A stretch of 59,482 bases of DNA, filler included, from Dugesia japonica (Eukaryota): NCBI GenBank assembly GCA_001938525.1. It is 6 parts of 6 records of this genome, joined end to end, with 100 filler letters (N's around TTAATTAATTAA, not from the genome) between each part and the next. Parts side by side here need not be neighbours in the genome. Positions count along the whole stretch, not along the records: positions 1 to 9,224 come from MQRL01640228.1; positions 9,325 to 20,397 come from MQRL01646133.1; 4 more parts are not named here. One strand, 5' to 3'. The position numbers and the translations under genes are program-made. The notes beneath the pieces are model-generated. The model made no database searches and had not been told where the DNA came from. It saw only the letters and a list, made by a program, of their open reading frames with translations. This document shows, piece by piece, positions 1 through 13,853 of the stretch (within the stretch, counting starts at the first letter, position 1; every line of letters begins with the position of its first letter).

Positions 1-729
1 GAAAAATCGTGAAAATTAAATACTAACATTTTTTTCCGTAATAGGTTATATTATATTTATTATATTTATTACTAACAAAATAAAATTGATTTACTAAAAT
101 ATACTATATCTAACTTTTATATACTTATTTACTACGATATACTATGTCACCGGATTCTGAGGTTATGAAATTATTTATGGGATATTTTTAATTGAATATA
201 TAAAAAATATTATTTATATTGTGAGTATCGATTCATGAATTTCGGATGTCTGAGATTATTTAATTTTTATATTTAATATTAAAATTGGTTTTTTGAAAAT
301 TTTAAAATATAAAATTTTAAGAATTATAAGGTTGAAAAATAAATAAATATGTATGGAAAACAAAGATATTTTAAATTAAAGTTAAAAGTTTACATTGTGT
401 TAAATTATAAAAATTTAAAAAATTATTTTCTAAAATGAGATTTAAAAATAATTTTTTTGGAATTTAAAAAACCAATATTTTTGAAAAATATTTTATTAAG
501 ATTTCTCAGATTATNNNNNNNNNNNNNNNNNNNNNNNNNNNNNNNNNNNNNNNNNNNNNNNNNNNNNNNNNNNNNNNNNNNNNNNNNNNNNNNNNNNNNN
601 NNNNNNNNNNNNNNNNNNNNNNNNNNNNNNNNNNNNNNNNNNNNNNNNNNNNNNNNNNNNNNNNNNNNNNNNNNNNNNNNNNNNNNNNNNNNNNNNNNNN
701 NNNNNNNNNNNNNNNNNNNNNNNNNNNNA

Positions 730-2420
730 TATTTTGATATAACCGGAATAAAGAAAGGCCAAAGGAGTTTGATTGTAGTTGCTTTCATAGATAAAGAACT
801 GAGTGAAATCTATGAAAATGAAGACGAATCATTCAGAAAGACTTTCTTTAGACCATCAACAATGATTACAAATATGGAGGAAGCTCTAAATTATCGAAGG
901 AATTGAGAGCACATAAATATCTATAAGAAGAAGATTGAAGGATTGGTAGAAACGTTAATGGCTCATAAATGGAACAAAGAGGACTTAACAAAAGAGCTAA
1001 TTATGAATAGTTGCAACGACAAAAAGATTAAACATAAAATCAAATCAGGAAAAAATAAAAAAAGTAGAAGATGTATTTAAAGTATTAAAAGAATGGGAAG
1101 ACATACAAGACGAAGTAAAAACCGAAGGAATAAATATAGTTCGTAAATACAGAGATGCCNNNNNNNNNNNNNNNNNNNNNNNNNNNNNNNNNNNNNNNNN
1201 NNNNNNNNNNNNNNNNNNNNNNNNNNNNNNNNNNNNNNNNNNNNNNNNNNNNNNNNNNNNNNNNNNNNNNNNNNNNNNNNNNNNNNNNNNNNNNNNNNNN
1301 NNNNNNNNNNNNNNNNNNNNNNNNNNNNNNNNNNNNNNNNNNNNNNNNNNNNNNNNNNNNNNNCTCAAGATGTAACAAGAAAGGTCATTACGCAAAGGAC
1401 TGTTACACAAATATGAACAGACAGTTTAGTCATCAAAGCAAAAGTAAACAGACCAGAAAAGAATTCAGAAATGGCAAACAAAAATTTTATTCAAATAATA
1501 CGAATAATTATACAAAGAGGAATGGAAGTCACGTTAATTCGATTGAGGAAAAGTGGAAATATTGTGCATGTAGAGAAGACAAAGGTCACTATTGTAATGA
1601 TGGGTCAAATAATTATCAAGATGAATACCCAAATGGCCAAGCTCCGACAGAAGTCGAGATTGTCGGAGCGTTGAATAAAATATCCCAAAAAATCACCGAA
1701 TTGTTAATTATAGCAAAAGTAGTATAAATAATTATATAAATAAAAGAAGCATAGATAAACGAGTATATGATTACAACGATGTAAAAGAAAAGGTTTACAA
1801 GTTTGTAAAAAGAGAATTGACTAGAAGCCAACCGGAGATTATCAATTAAATAAACGAAAAAGATGATTGTGAACTTCTGACGATAGAAGAGAAATAGCAG
1901 CAAGAAATAAGTTATGACAAGATGCAAGGTAGACTAAGTATAATGGTTGAAATACAAAACGTAAAAGTTGATTGCTTGTTAGACACTAGAGCAAGAGTTA
2001 ATATTATGAGTTTGAGAATATTGAATAGATTGAGAGAAGTCAATATATTAAAAGGTGAAGAAAATTTAAGATGTGCCAATAATAGTCCACTTGAAATCGT
2101 CAGTACGATAAAAGTAGAAGTAAAATTCGAGAATAAAAGCGAAACAGTTAAATTCATTGTGGTGAAACAGATACACCTTGATCTAATTGAAAGAATAGAA
2201 TTACAGAAACAGTTTGGATTCCAACTGCTGAGAGAGACTAAATATGAGGATACTGAAATGTATCCTTGTAATATAGAAGCAAAGTATGGACGCAGTACAA
2301 CAGATGAAGAAAGAGTACTGAGAGCTATAAAAATATTGATTAANAAGCCAAATGAAAATTTAGAGGACGTAATAAGGATTCATAAAGGAATATTCATGGC
2401 AGACAACTAGGATATAGGAT
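730..2420 (+). mobile_element. Decayed Ty3/Gypsy LTR retrotransposon, gag (zinc knuckle) and aspartic protease, truncated before RT
   Basis: RCNKKGHYAKDC is a Cx2Cx4Hx4C knuckle (first Cys hidden by N). VKVDCLLDTRARVNIM is a mutated DTGA protease site. The end (ERVLRAIKIL...VIRIHKGIFMADN) matches the start of the element at ~56960, so it is the same family. Confidence 0.85.
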
Positions 2421-3329
2421 ATATTTATATATAATATAAACTTAACCAACTAAACAGTTTGGTTTGCGTCCTACAAATAATTCCGCAAAATGCCTTTCCA
2501 TCAAAGGATTGTGCAGAGAGATTGTTGGATTCCGATGGTGCCTTCTATATTTTTTAGTAAAACCATCTAGNAATTCAAAAATTACTCTTTCTTATTTTTA
2601 CGGACTTAAATTGGTGTTTTCTTCCAAATTATAACAAATTTTTGATTTTACAAAGAGAGAGACTTATGTTTGGCATCCCTTTTCCATACCCTTACGCAAT
2701 ATTTTAACAAAAGAAATAATACAGACAGTGTTATAAGTGCAAGGCTACAAAAGTCGACTACCACATCGAAAGGTAGAGTTTTTTACAAGCAATGGACTAT
2801 AACCGATTTATTCGTTGAAAGTGTTTAACACAATTATGACAAATGAACTTTTGTAACGATTCATTACAATTTCTAGTTTTATTTGCTACAATATGACAAA
2901 ATCAAATTCAATCTGAATTTTATTATACAGACACTAGAAGATAATTAATTAATAATTAATGAAATTAATTACTGACGGCAAAATTTTATTAGTTTGTGAT
3001 TTTATATGATCAACACAATAAAACTACTATAGACGTATATATAAATATATTTCGTCTTTCTTACAGATCAGTGAATATTAGNTTTCAATTATGTTCGAGT
3101 TTCGATTGATTTTTATTATAACTTACATTATTTTGACTACATTTCTCATTAATAAAAGATAATTTAGTTATTTTTGGTTTGGTTTTTGTTTTATTTCATT
3201 AAATTTTATATTTGAAGATAAATGTTTTGATATAATTTTATTTAGATATCCATTATTTAGGAATTATTTCTTTAACAACCTGAGGGAAGTCAATTTCATT
3301 TCTTCATTTAAAAATAGTCTCTCAGCTTG

Positions 3330-4030
3330 AATTCATTCACCTTTAATTATACCAATCTTCTCTCTGATGATAGTATTACTAATCCAGAGTAATAAAANNN
3401 NNNNNNNNNNNNNNNNNNNNNNNNNNNNNNNNNCAAACAGTCCACCAGTTTTCTTTTGGATTCGAATATCCAGAAAAGTAATCTGAAAGTCAATTGACTT
3501 TTGTAAAGTAAAGTTGATGCTATAATCATTACTTTTGGCCAATTCCAATATATTTTCTTTAGAAGAAGCATCTTAACAAAGAAGCATCGTTTATGTATCT
3601 AAACCATAGACGTATTTTCTTTTTTGCCTTGAGAGTTATTTGATTTTCAATGAAGTTCAAAATAATCATCGCTAGAATTCATTACAAATTGATACCCTTT
3701 GCAAGACCACCTTTTGTTTCAAAAGTTGTTTACCGATAAAAATACTATCAGAGAAATGACACAAATTGATAAGACATCTGAAATCATTTTTTATATTCCT
3801 TGCACCCTTTAAAGAAATCGCTGGCAATATCTTCAATAGGAATTAATCGATATCGATTTGTTAAATTTAATGAATCAAATTCATCATCATTCTGCCAGTC
3901 ATAATTTTTAATTCGTTAAAAAAACTCGTAACTCTTCTTCAAATGTGCCTGAAATAAAACGTAATATTGATTTCAAACTATCTGTCATGAGTTTGCATGC
4001 AGAAGTATAATAATTGTGTGTAAGAAAATG
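3330..4030 (-). mobile_element. Penelope-like element reverse transcriptase remnant
   Basis: Minus strand reads SINFTLQKSIDFQITFLDIRI (the I.FT.E...FLD motif of Penelope RT), with degenerate upstream RT motifs and many stops. Confidence 0.6.
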
Positions 4031-4304
4031 CTGAAAAAATGTTAATTTTAAAAATAAATTAAAATTTTAAATTAAAATTGATTTTAAAATATAAAAAAAT
4101 CCTTAATTAACAAAATCTAATATTTAAAAACAAATAAGATTCGTGCAGATTTCATTACTTCAAATTTATTAGAAATTAATTAAATATAAATAAAATAAAT
4201 AAATAAAACATCTGAACAAATTAAAATCGTTTAAAATAATCAGAACAGGTTTTCCGTTAACAATTTAATTAAAGCATAGATTAAACAAAACTAAAAAAAA
4301 ATAC

Positions 4305-4579
<275 letters not shown>

Positions 4580-5102
4580 TGNNNNNNNNNNNNNNNNNNN
4601 NNNNNNNNNNNNNNNNNNNNNNNNNNNNNNNNNNNNNNNNNNNNNNNNNNNNNNNNNNNNNNNNNNNNNNNNNNNNNNNNNNNNNNNNNNNNNNNNNNNN
4701 NNNNNNNNNNNNNNNNNNNNTAATCTTATTATTATTATTATTNNNNNNNNNNNNNNNNNNNNNNNNNNNNNNNNNNNNNNNNNNNNNNNNNNNNNNNNNN
4801 NNNNNNNNNTATTAAATATGTAAACAACGATGGCAAATGTTTAATAAAAAAATAAATAATGCCATTTGAAATAAAATTTTATTGTTCTATATTTTGACGT
4901 ATCATCTGTTACCATCAGACAAAAATTAAAAATGAGTTTTTTCAGTCTAAATTACTTAAACAAAAATTCAAGCAATTATACTGAATATAAGATAGCTATA
5001 ATCATAATTCTTAATATTGTAAATTTTAACAATTTTTCAATTAAATATTAATTTATATTCCAATAAAACTTTTTTAAATAATAATATTTTATTAAAATTA
5101 GT

Positions 5103-5575
5103 ATTTCGAATTTTCTACTTTGTCTTTTTCAGAAATTAACTTTTTGACTTATTCAAGATTTATTATAGCANNNNNNNNNNNNNNNNNNNNNNNNNNNNNN
5201 NNNNNNNNNNNNNNNNNNNNNNNNNNNNNNNNNNNNNNNNNNNNNNNNNNNNNNNNNNNNNNNNNNNNNNNNNNNNNNNNNNNNNNNNNNNNNNNNNNNN
5301 NNNNNNNNNNNNNNNNNNNNNNNTAGTGATTTTCATTTTATATGATGTTGGTTTGGCAAAATTTTATGTTTTGTGTTGAAAGTGTTTTTTCTTTCTTGTT
5401 GTTTGACGTGTTTCTTAAGTCTTGTTTGAATAGTTCTGCATGTTTCACGAATGTAGGTTTCTTTAAATAAAGTGCATGTTTTTTTATAAGTGATATTTGT
5501 CTTATTGCATATATTTCTACCATCACAAAAGTATTCGGGACCACAAAATTTCTGTAATTGGATACGCAAAGGTGC
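5103..5575 (-). mobile_element. Penelope-like element 3' end: GIY-YIG endonuclease remnant followed by a degenerate hammerhead motif
   Basis: NITYKKTCTLFKETYIRETCRTIQTRLKKH. Downstream on the minus strand is CTGAAAA-A-GAC-AAA-GTA-GAAA-ATTC (~5105-5136). Same family as 9840-10305. Confidence 0.75.
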
Positions 5576-6959
5576 TAACGTTTTGAATATTATTCTTGGA
5601 TTGTGCTAGAGTTGAAATATTTTATTTTTGATTACATTTTTCATTAATAAAAGATAATTTAATTATTGCATTTATTTTTTGTTTTGATTTCATTAAATTT
5701 TATATTTGAAAATAAATTATATTTTNACATAATTTTACAATTATTTAGGAATTAATTTTTTTTATATCAACATGAGAGAAATAAATTTCATTTCTTCATT
5801 TGAAGATAGTCTGAAGAAGACAAAAAAGAAAGAAATAAAAACAAAGATATTTATGAAAAATTGTAATTTAATTAAAAATTATTATTTTCTTTATGANNNN
5901 NNNNNNNNNNNNNNNNNNNNNNNNNNNNNNNNNNNNNNNNNNNNNNNNNNNNNNNNNNNNNNNAAAAAAAAATATTTATTGAAATAATGAATTTTCTCAA
6001 ATCAATTCTAACTGAAAAATTAATTGACATATTGATTTATGTTGATATAAAATTCTCAAATAAAAAATTAAATGACATTTCGACCGTGCAGTATAATCAA
6101 TAAATGAATTGAATTAAATTTTCGGATTTATGAGATTATTTTATCAATTTAACTTCAATTTTCGAAAGAGAAAAAAAGTTTTAAAATTAACATTCTAAAG
6201 ATTTTCTCAATTTCTATTTATTAAAGAGATTTAATATGATAATATGAAATGTTTAAATAAAAACCACGTTAAAATAATATTAATTATTTACAATTGTAAA
6301 ATTAATCAAAAATCCATAATTCTAATGTAAATTAATTTTTTACTATTATTATAAGATTACAATTAGTTCGTTAATTTATTAATATCTACTACAATATCAT
6401 TGTGAAGATTTGTATTAAGTATTTTTTTAATTTTTTGTAATAAGTATCTGAAATTGTATTTAGATTTGAATTGGTTAGCTTTTATATTGTTTGATAAATT
6501 GTAAATTAGTAAAGACAGTTGTTTTAATATTGGGATCGAATCGAGTACGTTTTTAAAAATGTTAGAACAATGTTACTAATTTTTATATGCAAATAATATT
6601 TTTGGTTAAGAAAATATTTTAGTAGTAAACTTATACATTTTATTTAATTAAATTATTGTAATTGTTAAATTTTAAACACAATTATTTCGAATTGAATAGA
6701 TTGGTTTTGAGAGAAGACAAGAAGAAACTTAATTTTATTGTTATGATTATTTTTTTGGAAATTAAAGAATTGTCTTATGTCTAACAATCATATTTATAAA
6801 AGTTATCTCGTTTTAATTTATCATTATAAGGAAAGATTAAAAGATTTCACCTAATGTAAATTGTTGAAATTAAGTTAATTAAATTTTTAGTTTCTATTTC
6901 AGCAAAGTTTATAATATATTTCTATAGTTTTAATTTGCAATAAAAATGTGTGAACTTAA

Positions 6960-7276
6960 TTTTTCTGATTTTGAAAATAAATTATCAATTGAAGAATTAC
7001 CTAGTATGATAGCAGCGGTAAATATTGATTCTACTACATATAGGGTTTTTGTCAAATAATCTCCTCTGCAGAGGAGATGATATTGAAAGAAAATCAAGTG
7101 GTGTGAATTATATTTTGAGACTAAAAACATTTCTCAGATAAAACAAAATGAGACATTAGTCTATTGTTTGTTAGATGTTGATTTGTTGGAAAAATGCAAA
7201 TATGTTTAAAAAGTTTTTAGGCTCGTTTACGTTTAGGATTTGAGAAAGGGCAAGACGTTATCAAAGACTTTCAACC
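6960..7276 (+). mobile_element. Gypsy gag N-terminal remnant
   Basis: WCELYFETKNISQIKQNETLVYCLLDVDLLEK...ARLRLGFEKGQDVIKDFQ resembles the gag pieces at 730-900 and 8100-8180. Confidence 0.5.
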
Positions 7277-7990
7277 ATAAAGATTATTTATAACCATATA
7301 CAACAAGCCTATATTCTTATATGAAACTATATAGCGTTTATTTGCTAAAGTGAGACCTCCTTAAAGAAAGTGTACATATCATTGTCAGTATAAACTCAAT
7401 GGGTTCATCTAAAGTCATCAAAACAGATGTCCAACTCATTCCAGGATTTCAAAGAAATTTAAGAGTTCAAACTTATTATGCTCCAATTATTTTACTTGAA
7501 ATTACTGAAAGAAATTAGTAATTAAAAACACATCTAATTTTAACTAGACCATCAAAATATTTTTACAACCAGAAATTACCCACATATCAACTGCTTTCAC
7601 ATACGATTTCTATTTAACTTCATGTAATCTCGTTGGAATTGATGTGGTTTCCTCCAAAATTTCTAAACGCGCGGCATTGTTGTATGAGAAAAATCCTTTT
7701 ATCACTAAACTCGTTTATTGTCAATTGGGTTGATTTTATTGTCTTAATGGCACTGTTCCATGACGAATTTATGAATCGATAACTATCTATGAATCTTATT
7801 GTTACTTCTGAAATGTGTGCACTCAAACACAAGAATTTCTCACTAATTGTAAGGATACAAGAAACTTTACATTTTATAAAACTATTAAGTCAATACTTGA
7901 GAATATGATAAAAATTGTATTCATAAAATTATGAAAGACTACACGTAGATCAATCCTAATTTTCTTACATCAATTATATTTTGAGCGAGC
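7277..7990 (-). pseudogene. Polinton/Maverick protein-primed DNA polymerase B fragment
   Basis: VFHN, EKFLCL, IRFIDSYRFINSS (exonuclease motifs), PGMSWTS, DMYTFFKGG and YMVINNLYG (polymerase motif A). Homologous to the copies at 29.5-31.7 kb and 43.4-45.5 kb. Confidence 0.8.
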
Positions 7991-8016
7991 TGCTCCGGTA
8001 AATATATTTCAAAACA

Positions 8017-8520
8017 AGTGGCGTCGTTAACAGGAAAGATCAAGAACTTTTATAATATGAAGCCTTGATGAAGATTTATTGAAAGCATATGTATAAAACC
8101 TTTAGAAAGTTGATGGATTTCAAGAAAGATTACGATTAGCTTTAGAAGGCAAAAGAAACGTGATTCAAGATTTTCAGAATCTTGTAAATTATTGTCTTGG
8201 TGGTGAAAACTTCAAGGTCTTTCTCAAAAGAGTGGAAGAATTGCTCGATAAACGTCTCTCAAATGGAGAGCTGAAAAATTGAGAAAATATAGCAAAAATG
8301 CTAACAATTTGCTCAGATAACAAAAAGCAGAAAAAGAAATAATTATGCAGAAGTTGGAAAAAGTAATAAATATAAGAAAAACTCTATTTATAGTAGAAAA
8401 AATAGGAAAAAACCTATTAGCATAGTGAAGAGTTAGAAGTTACTACAAACAGGATAAATAAATATTGAGTAAGTTATGAAAAGAACAAGATCAGAGTGTT
8501 AGACGTGCCAGAGTTATAAT
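8017..8520 (+). mobile_element. Gypsy remnant: PBS-like sequence followed by decayed gag
   Basis: ...CA-AG-TGGCGTCGTTAACAGG has the form of a primer-binding site. It is followed by EALDEDLLKAY...DGFQERLRLALEGKRNVIQDFQNLVNY...FLKRVEELLD. Confidence 0.5.
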
Positions 8521-9224
8521 TACACAAAATGAGAGTTCAAAGAATGCTCAGATAAAATGTTAAACTTGTGCGTACTTGATTTTTTACAATTTATTTCTTC
8601 AAGGATACGTTTGGACAATTTTTACCTATTATATTCTTACTCAGAGTAAAGCTTTCTATCAAATAGATACTCTGGGAGAAAATGTTTTCAAGAAAATAAA
8701 ATTTTACTAAAAATGATTCCGAGGAAATTCTCTACAGACTGGTATNNNNNNNNNNNNNNNNNNNNNNNNNNNNNNNNNNNNNNNNNNNNNNNNNNNNNNN
8801 NNNNNNNNNNNNNNNNNNNNNNNNNNNNNNNNNNNNNNNNNNNNNNNNNNNNNNNNNNNNNNNNNNNNNNNNNNNNNNNNNNNNNNNNNNNNNNNNNNNN
8901 NNNNNNNNNNNNNNNNNNNNNNNNNNNNNNNNNNNNNNNNNNNNNNNNNNNNNNNNNNNNNNNNNNNNNNNNNNNNNNNNNNNNNNNNNNNNNNTAAAGA
9001 TATACTGGCACAGATATACTGAAAATTCGAAGATATTGTATGTGATGACGTAATATCATTACGTGAAACTATCAGCAACTAAATACATTGGAAAACACTG
9101 TATGTGGTTGCGTACCGGGAGAAGGAGGTGGCTCAGTGCATTATTATCTGTCTACTGATGATATCAGTAAATAAATGTCATTTTTTAAAATTCTTTATAA
9201 AACACCTTAATAATACTAATAATA

Positions 9225-9324
9225 NNNNNNNNNNNNNNNNNNNNNNNNNNNNNNNNNNNNNNNNNNNNTTAATTAATTAANNNNNNNNNNNNNNNNNNNN
9301 NNNNNNNNNNNNNNNNNNNNNNNN
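9225..9324. other. Artificial contig linker
   Basis: 44 N + TTAATTAATTAA (stops in all six frames) + 44 N = 100 bp, identical at five sites. Confidence 0.97.
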
Positions 9325-9839
9325 TTTGAAAATTATCACTTTACAAAATAATAATATAAATAACAAAAAAATATTTTCAATCAAATTTTTGAAAATTACC
9401 ATTTTACAAAATTTTATAATTAAGAAAAAAAGATTTTCAATTACATTTCGAAAAAATTCATTCAAAAAGATTTTAATACAAATGAAATTTTTTTAATGTT
9501 TATTTTAAAATTATTCTAAAAATTAAAATTTTAAAATTAACGCAACAAAAATTATTTTATTGACTAAGTCATTAATTCAAAAATAATTATAAAATATTAA
9601 TTTTCAAATATTGAAATTTTAAATTTTAACTTTATTTTAGGAAGTTAATTTAATTATTTATTAAACTATTTTCGTTAATAACTTCGGTGGAACTATCAAA
9701 AAATTTAACGGTTTCAAACAATACTTACATAGGTTTATATAACTTTTTAACTTTTACAATCTTTTTAACAAATTCAAACGTAATCTCTAATTACTAATTT
9801 TCGCTCGTTTTTTAAAACAATTTATTTATTTATTTGCAT

Positions 9840-10305
9840 TTGTGATGGTAGAAATATATACAATAAGAAAAATGTCACTTATAAAATAACATGCACCATT
9901 TGTCAAGAAAAATATTTAGGAGAAACATGCAGAACCATCCGAACAAGAATTAAAGAACATTCCAAGTAGAAAATGAAGTCTTCAAACACTTCAAACACAA
10001 ACATAAAATTTCACCAGAAAAACATCATATTACATGGAAAACACTAGGAACAGGCTATATTTCTACATAATTCACAGGAAGAAACATGAAGAAATAATGA
10101 TCAAAGAGAATAACCTAAAATCAATGTAGTTTATGATAATTAAATAAATTTAATTTAAATTAAAATTATCAAATAAAGTTTCAATAAAAATACAAACAAT
10201 TTTGTAAAATTTTCTAATATCGACTAAATCAATCAAAAAGTTCAATTCCTAAAGAAGACAAAAGTCGAAAATTTGAGTAACTATCAGAAAAGAAATAAAG
10301 AAACA
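9840..10305 (+). mobile_element. Penelope-like element 3' end (GIY-YIG and first pseudo-LTR unit), interrupted by a Gypsy insertion
   Basis: YKITCTICQEKYLGETCRTIRTRIKEH, then a hammerhead-like motif at 10244-10279. The sequence resumes at 13854. Confidence 0.8.
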
Positions 10306-10405
10306 AGTTAGATTTTGTAATTCAAAAGTAGAAATTTTCAAAGTTTATTAAAATATAATAAATCAATAATATTTAAACAAATATGTTTAAATATTTTATC
10401 TAACA
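10306..10405 (-). repeat. 3' LTR (100 bp)
   Basis: Near-identical to 13760-13853; minus-strand termini TGTTAGA...TCTAACT; preceded by the polypurine tract. Confidence 0.9.
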
Positions 10406-13400
10406 TCCCTCCTTAATCTTTTTGAACATCTGTTTTTTTAGCCACTCGATCCTTCGTGGTTTAGGGATTCCAGAATAATTTAAAAGCGCTTGATGTGGGC
10501 TTAAAAATTTTAATATTTCAAAAGTACCTTCATATCTGTATCCATTTTTCTTTAATTTGTGAGGTTCTTTCTACCTTTACTAGAACTTCTTCAACAAAAT
10601 TACGATGTACTCTTTTATCTGATTTAATTTCAGTGCAGCATTTTTAAAATTTTTATCAACTAATTCTCTTATTTCTCCACTGCTTGTATTATCATTTAGT
10701 CCATGAATCATAATTTTTCTTCCATAAATTATTTCAAACGGTGATACTCCAGTTGCCTTTTGTTGGGTTGCATTAATTGAAAATNNAATTCGAGGTAATA
10801 GCTTATCCCAACTAACTTCTTTACATCCACTTTTTATTGTACTGACGATCATATCACGTAGAGTCCTGATCGTTCTTTCTGCCAATCCGTTTGATTGATG
10901 TTGGTAAGGAGATGAAAATTCTTAGGTAATTCCAAATTTCTGAGTCATTCCTTTCATCAATTTTCCTTCGAATATCTTGCCTCTATCTGTCAGTATGGAT
11001 TTGGGCTTGCCGAATCTATATATCCAATTCTCTTTTATTGATTCAACATATATCAATGACAATCTTTTCTAATGCTCCAAATTCGGTTCGAGGTAATAAA
11101 AAATTCTTTTGTTTTGCCTGTATATGTTTTCCTTTGATTACCAATTAAGCATTTTTTAAACATGTTCAATTGTTCTGANNNNNNNNNNNNNNNNNNNNNN
11201 NNNNNNNNNNNNNNNNNNNNNNNNNNNNNNNNNNNNNNNNNNNNNNNNNNNNNNNNNNNNNNNNNNNNNNNNNNNNNNNNNNNNNNNNNNNNNNACTTCG
11301 AATTTTTATTAAGAAACAGCAATATATCTTCTTCCATAACGAATTTATCAATATCTCTGAAGTATTTATTTTTTTTTAAATTTTTACTAATTTGGAAGCT
11401 TTGATCTTTAATATATTCAATTATCTCTTTGGTAATTTGATCATTACTTTGAATTTTTATGATACTTTCTTTATCATAACTTGAGCTTTCTACAATATTA
11501 ATTCTTCTAACTCTAGATTTTTCACCTTTTGCATCGGGATGAGTCGTCAAACATTGGGCACATAAACCGTCTTCTATTCTTGATAATCCATCAGCATTAG
11601 CGTGATCAATGCCTTTACTACATTGAAGATCAAAATCAAATTTTGCTAGGTTTGTAATCCACGTCTGGAACTGTGAATTAATTGGTTTACTTGTTTTTTT
11701 CATAAACTTTTTTCAATAAAGATAATGCTTGAAATGAATCATAAATTCGTGTAGTGCCAAAAATTCTTTTCTGGTTACACAATAACCCTTTTCATGATCA
11801 TTCAAATTACGAGATGCAGAAGCAATAACAGTTTCCACACCATCTCTCGACAATTGACTCAAAACAGCACCAATTGCATTGAAACTCGCGTCTGTATCTA
11901 ATATCATTTTACTTTCAGGATTTGGAAATGCCAATATTGGAAAACTACATAATTTTTCTTTTAATTGTTTAAAACAGCTGTCACATTCTTCAGTCCACCC
12001 TACGACTTCTTTTGATCCAGTTATTGCTGCATATAATGGACTGGCAATTGTTGCGTAATCTTTAATAAATCTANNNNNNNNNNNNNNNNNNNNNNNNNNN
12101 NNNNNNNNNNNNNNNNNNNNNNNNNNNNNNNNNNNNNNNNNNNNNNNNNNNNNNNNNNNNNNNNNNNNNNNNNNNNNNNNNNNNNNGATTGTATGACCAA
12201 GAAATTGGAGTTTCGATACACTAAATATACATTTTTCAGGATTAATTTTTAGACCAAATTGTTCAATTAATTCCAACACATTTTGTAAATGTTTATCATG
12301 AATTTCTTGTGTCTGACCAAAAATTAAAATTTCATCAAGATAAACGAGCACTCCAGTAAATGACATCTTGTTGAAAGTTTTATGCATTAATTCTTGAAAT
12401 GTTGCAGGAGCGGTGCATAATCCGAACGGCATGCGCTTGAAACAAAATTGTCCCATTTTGTGCTGAAAGCTGTTTTTAATTTTGACTTCTCCGTTAATTC
12501 AATTTGATAATATGCCTGTTCTAGATCAATTGATGAGAAAAACATAGAGCCATTTAATGTATCCAATAACATATTTATATCTGGAACAGGAAATGAATAN
12601 NNNNNNNNNACCGAATTCAATTTCCTAAAATCAAGGCACATTCTTAGAGAACCATCTTTTTTTGGAACAATCACTAATGGAGAAATTTTTTGCTGATAAT
12701 AGATTTTGTATTAATTCTTCTATCTTGCTTTCTAAGTGCATTGGTTGTCTTCTTGGATTTATCATAACGGGTTCTCCTTTAGTTTCTATGTTATGCATTG
12801 TCATATTTGTTAACCCTACATCATATTTATGAAGTAATTCAATTATTCTATTGCTGGCATTTAGCTTGAGTGCATTTTTGCATATAACATCTTTTGAATA
12901 TATGAAATTGATGTGTTTTATTTTCATTCCAAACGCTTCCATTATATCAATACCACCAATAAAATTTGGACAAATGTCTTTAACAATAATTATTTCTTTC
13001 TCAATATGCTTTTTATTCCAAAATAATTTAATTCTAGCTTTTCCTATGCATTTTTCACTTTACTCAGAAAATACTCCAACTAGCATTACATTTGAAAATT
13101 GAATTTTAGGTGAACCAATCTTCTTCCAAATTTCCTCACTCATCACTGAGACAGACGCTCCAGAATCCCATAACATCTCTACACTAATTCCGTTACAATT
13201 TACATTGCTCCAATTTCTACCATCACGTTTTTGATATATCAGTTTAACATCAGGTGATGATGATGATCTGATGATCTTTTGCTTTCAAATATATCGTGAA
13301 CAAGCTTTTTTACTCTTATTTCGAAATTTCGATATTTTTCACCAATTCTTGGTTTAACTGATGATAGATCTGTAATTTTGTCAACCAGAGATTTATAATT

Positions 13401-13759
13401 AATAAAGCTGATCAAAACCAGCTTTTGCACTTTTCATTTGAATTGAAATCCTCGTTTGTGTTCGTTTCTTGCCACAATTCCTTGGCATCGCCTCGTAATA
13501 GCATATCAAATGCAAAAGAAATCTCCATTTGATTAAATATGGCAAATTCCTTAGTGGTTTGCANNNNNNNNNNNNNNNNNNNNNNNNNNNNNNNNNNNNN
13601 NNNNNNNNNNNNNCAATCTTCTGCAGTATCTGAAGAACCATAAAAAAATGTAGGCTTCGGAATCAGCATTTCTTGCGTAGCTTGTGGGAGATTTTTAAAA
13701 ATCTTTTGTCGCTCTTTTTTCCTTTGCCTAGTAATGACACTAACTTCTACATGGTCGCC

Positions 13760-13853
13760 AGTTAGATTTTGTAATTCAAAAGTAGACATTTTCAAAGTTT
13801 ATTAAAATATAATAAATCAATAATATTTATATGTTTAAATATTATATCTAACA
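13760..13853 (-). repeat. 5' LTR (94 bp)
   Basis: Near-identical to 10306-10405; its last base is also the T of the PBS TGG. Confidence 0.9.

Larger units (their letters stand above)
10306..13853 (-). mobile_element. Ty3/Gypsy LTR retrotransposon with both LTRs, PBS, PPT and 5-bp TSD; gag-PR-RT-RH-IN disrupted
   Basis: LTRs at 13760-13853 and 10306-10405. TSD AAACA at 10301-10305 and 13854-13858. PBS TGGCGACC; PPT AAGGAGGGA. Motifs LWDSGASVS (PR), KKDGSLRMCLDFRKLN, MPFGLCTAPATFQ and YLDEIL (RT), DTDASFNAIGAVLSQ (RH), ILTDRG and SNGLAERTIRTL (IN). Confidence 0.93.

Noticed and set aside
423-1410. ORFs made mostly of X (also near 8700, 19540, 46500, 47620)
   Set aside because: They are open only because N runs contain no stops.
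2660-2700. GKGM as the missing last guanylyl cyclase exon
   Set aside because: There is no suitable acceptor and no TYWL after it; the surrounding sequence looks like Penelope debris.
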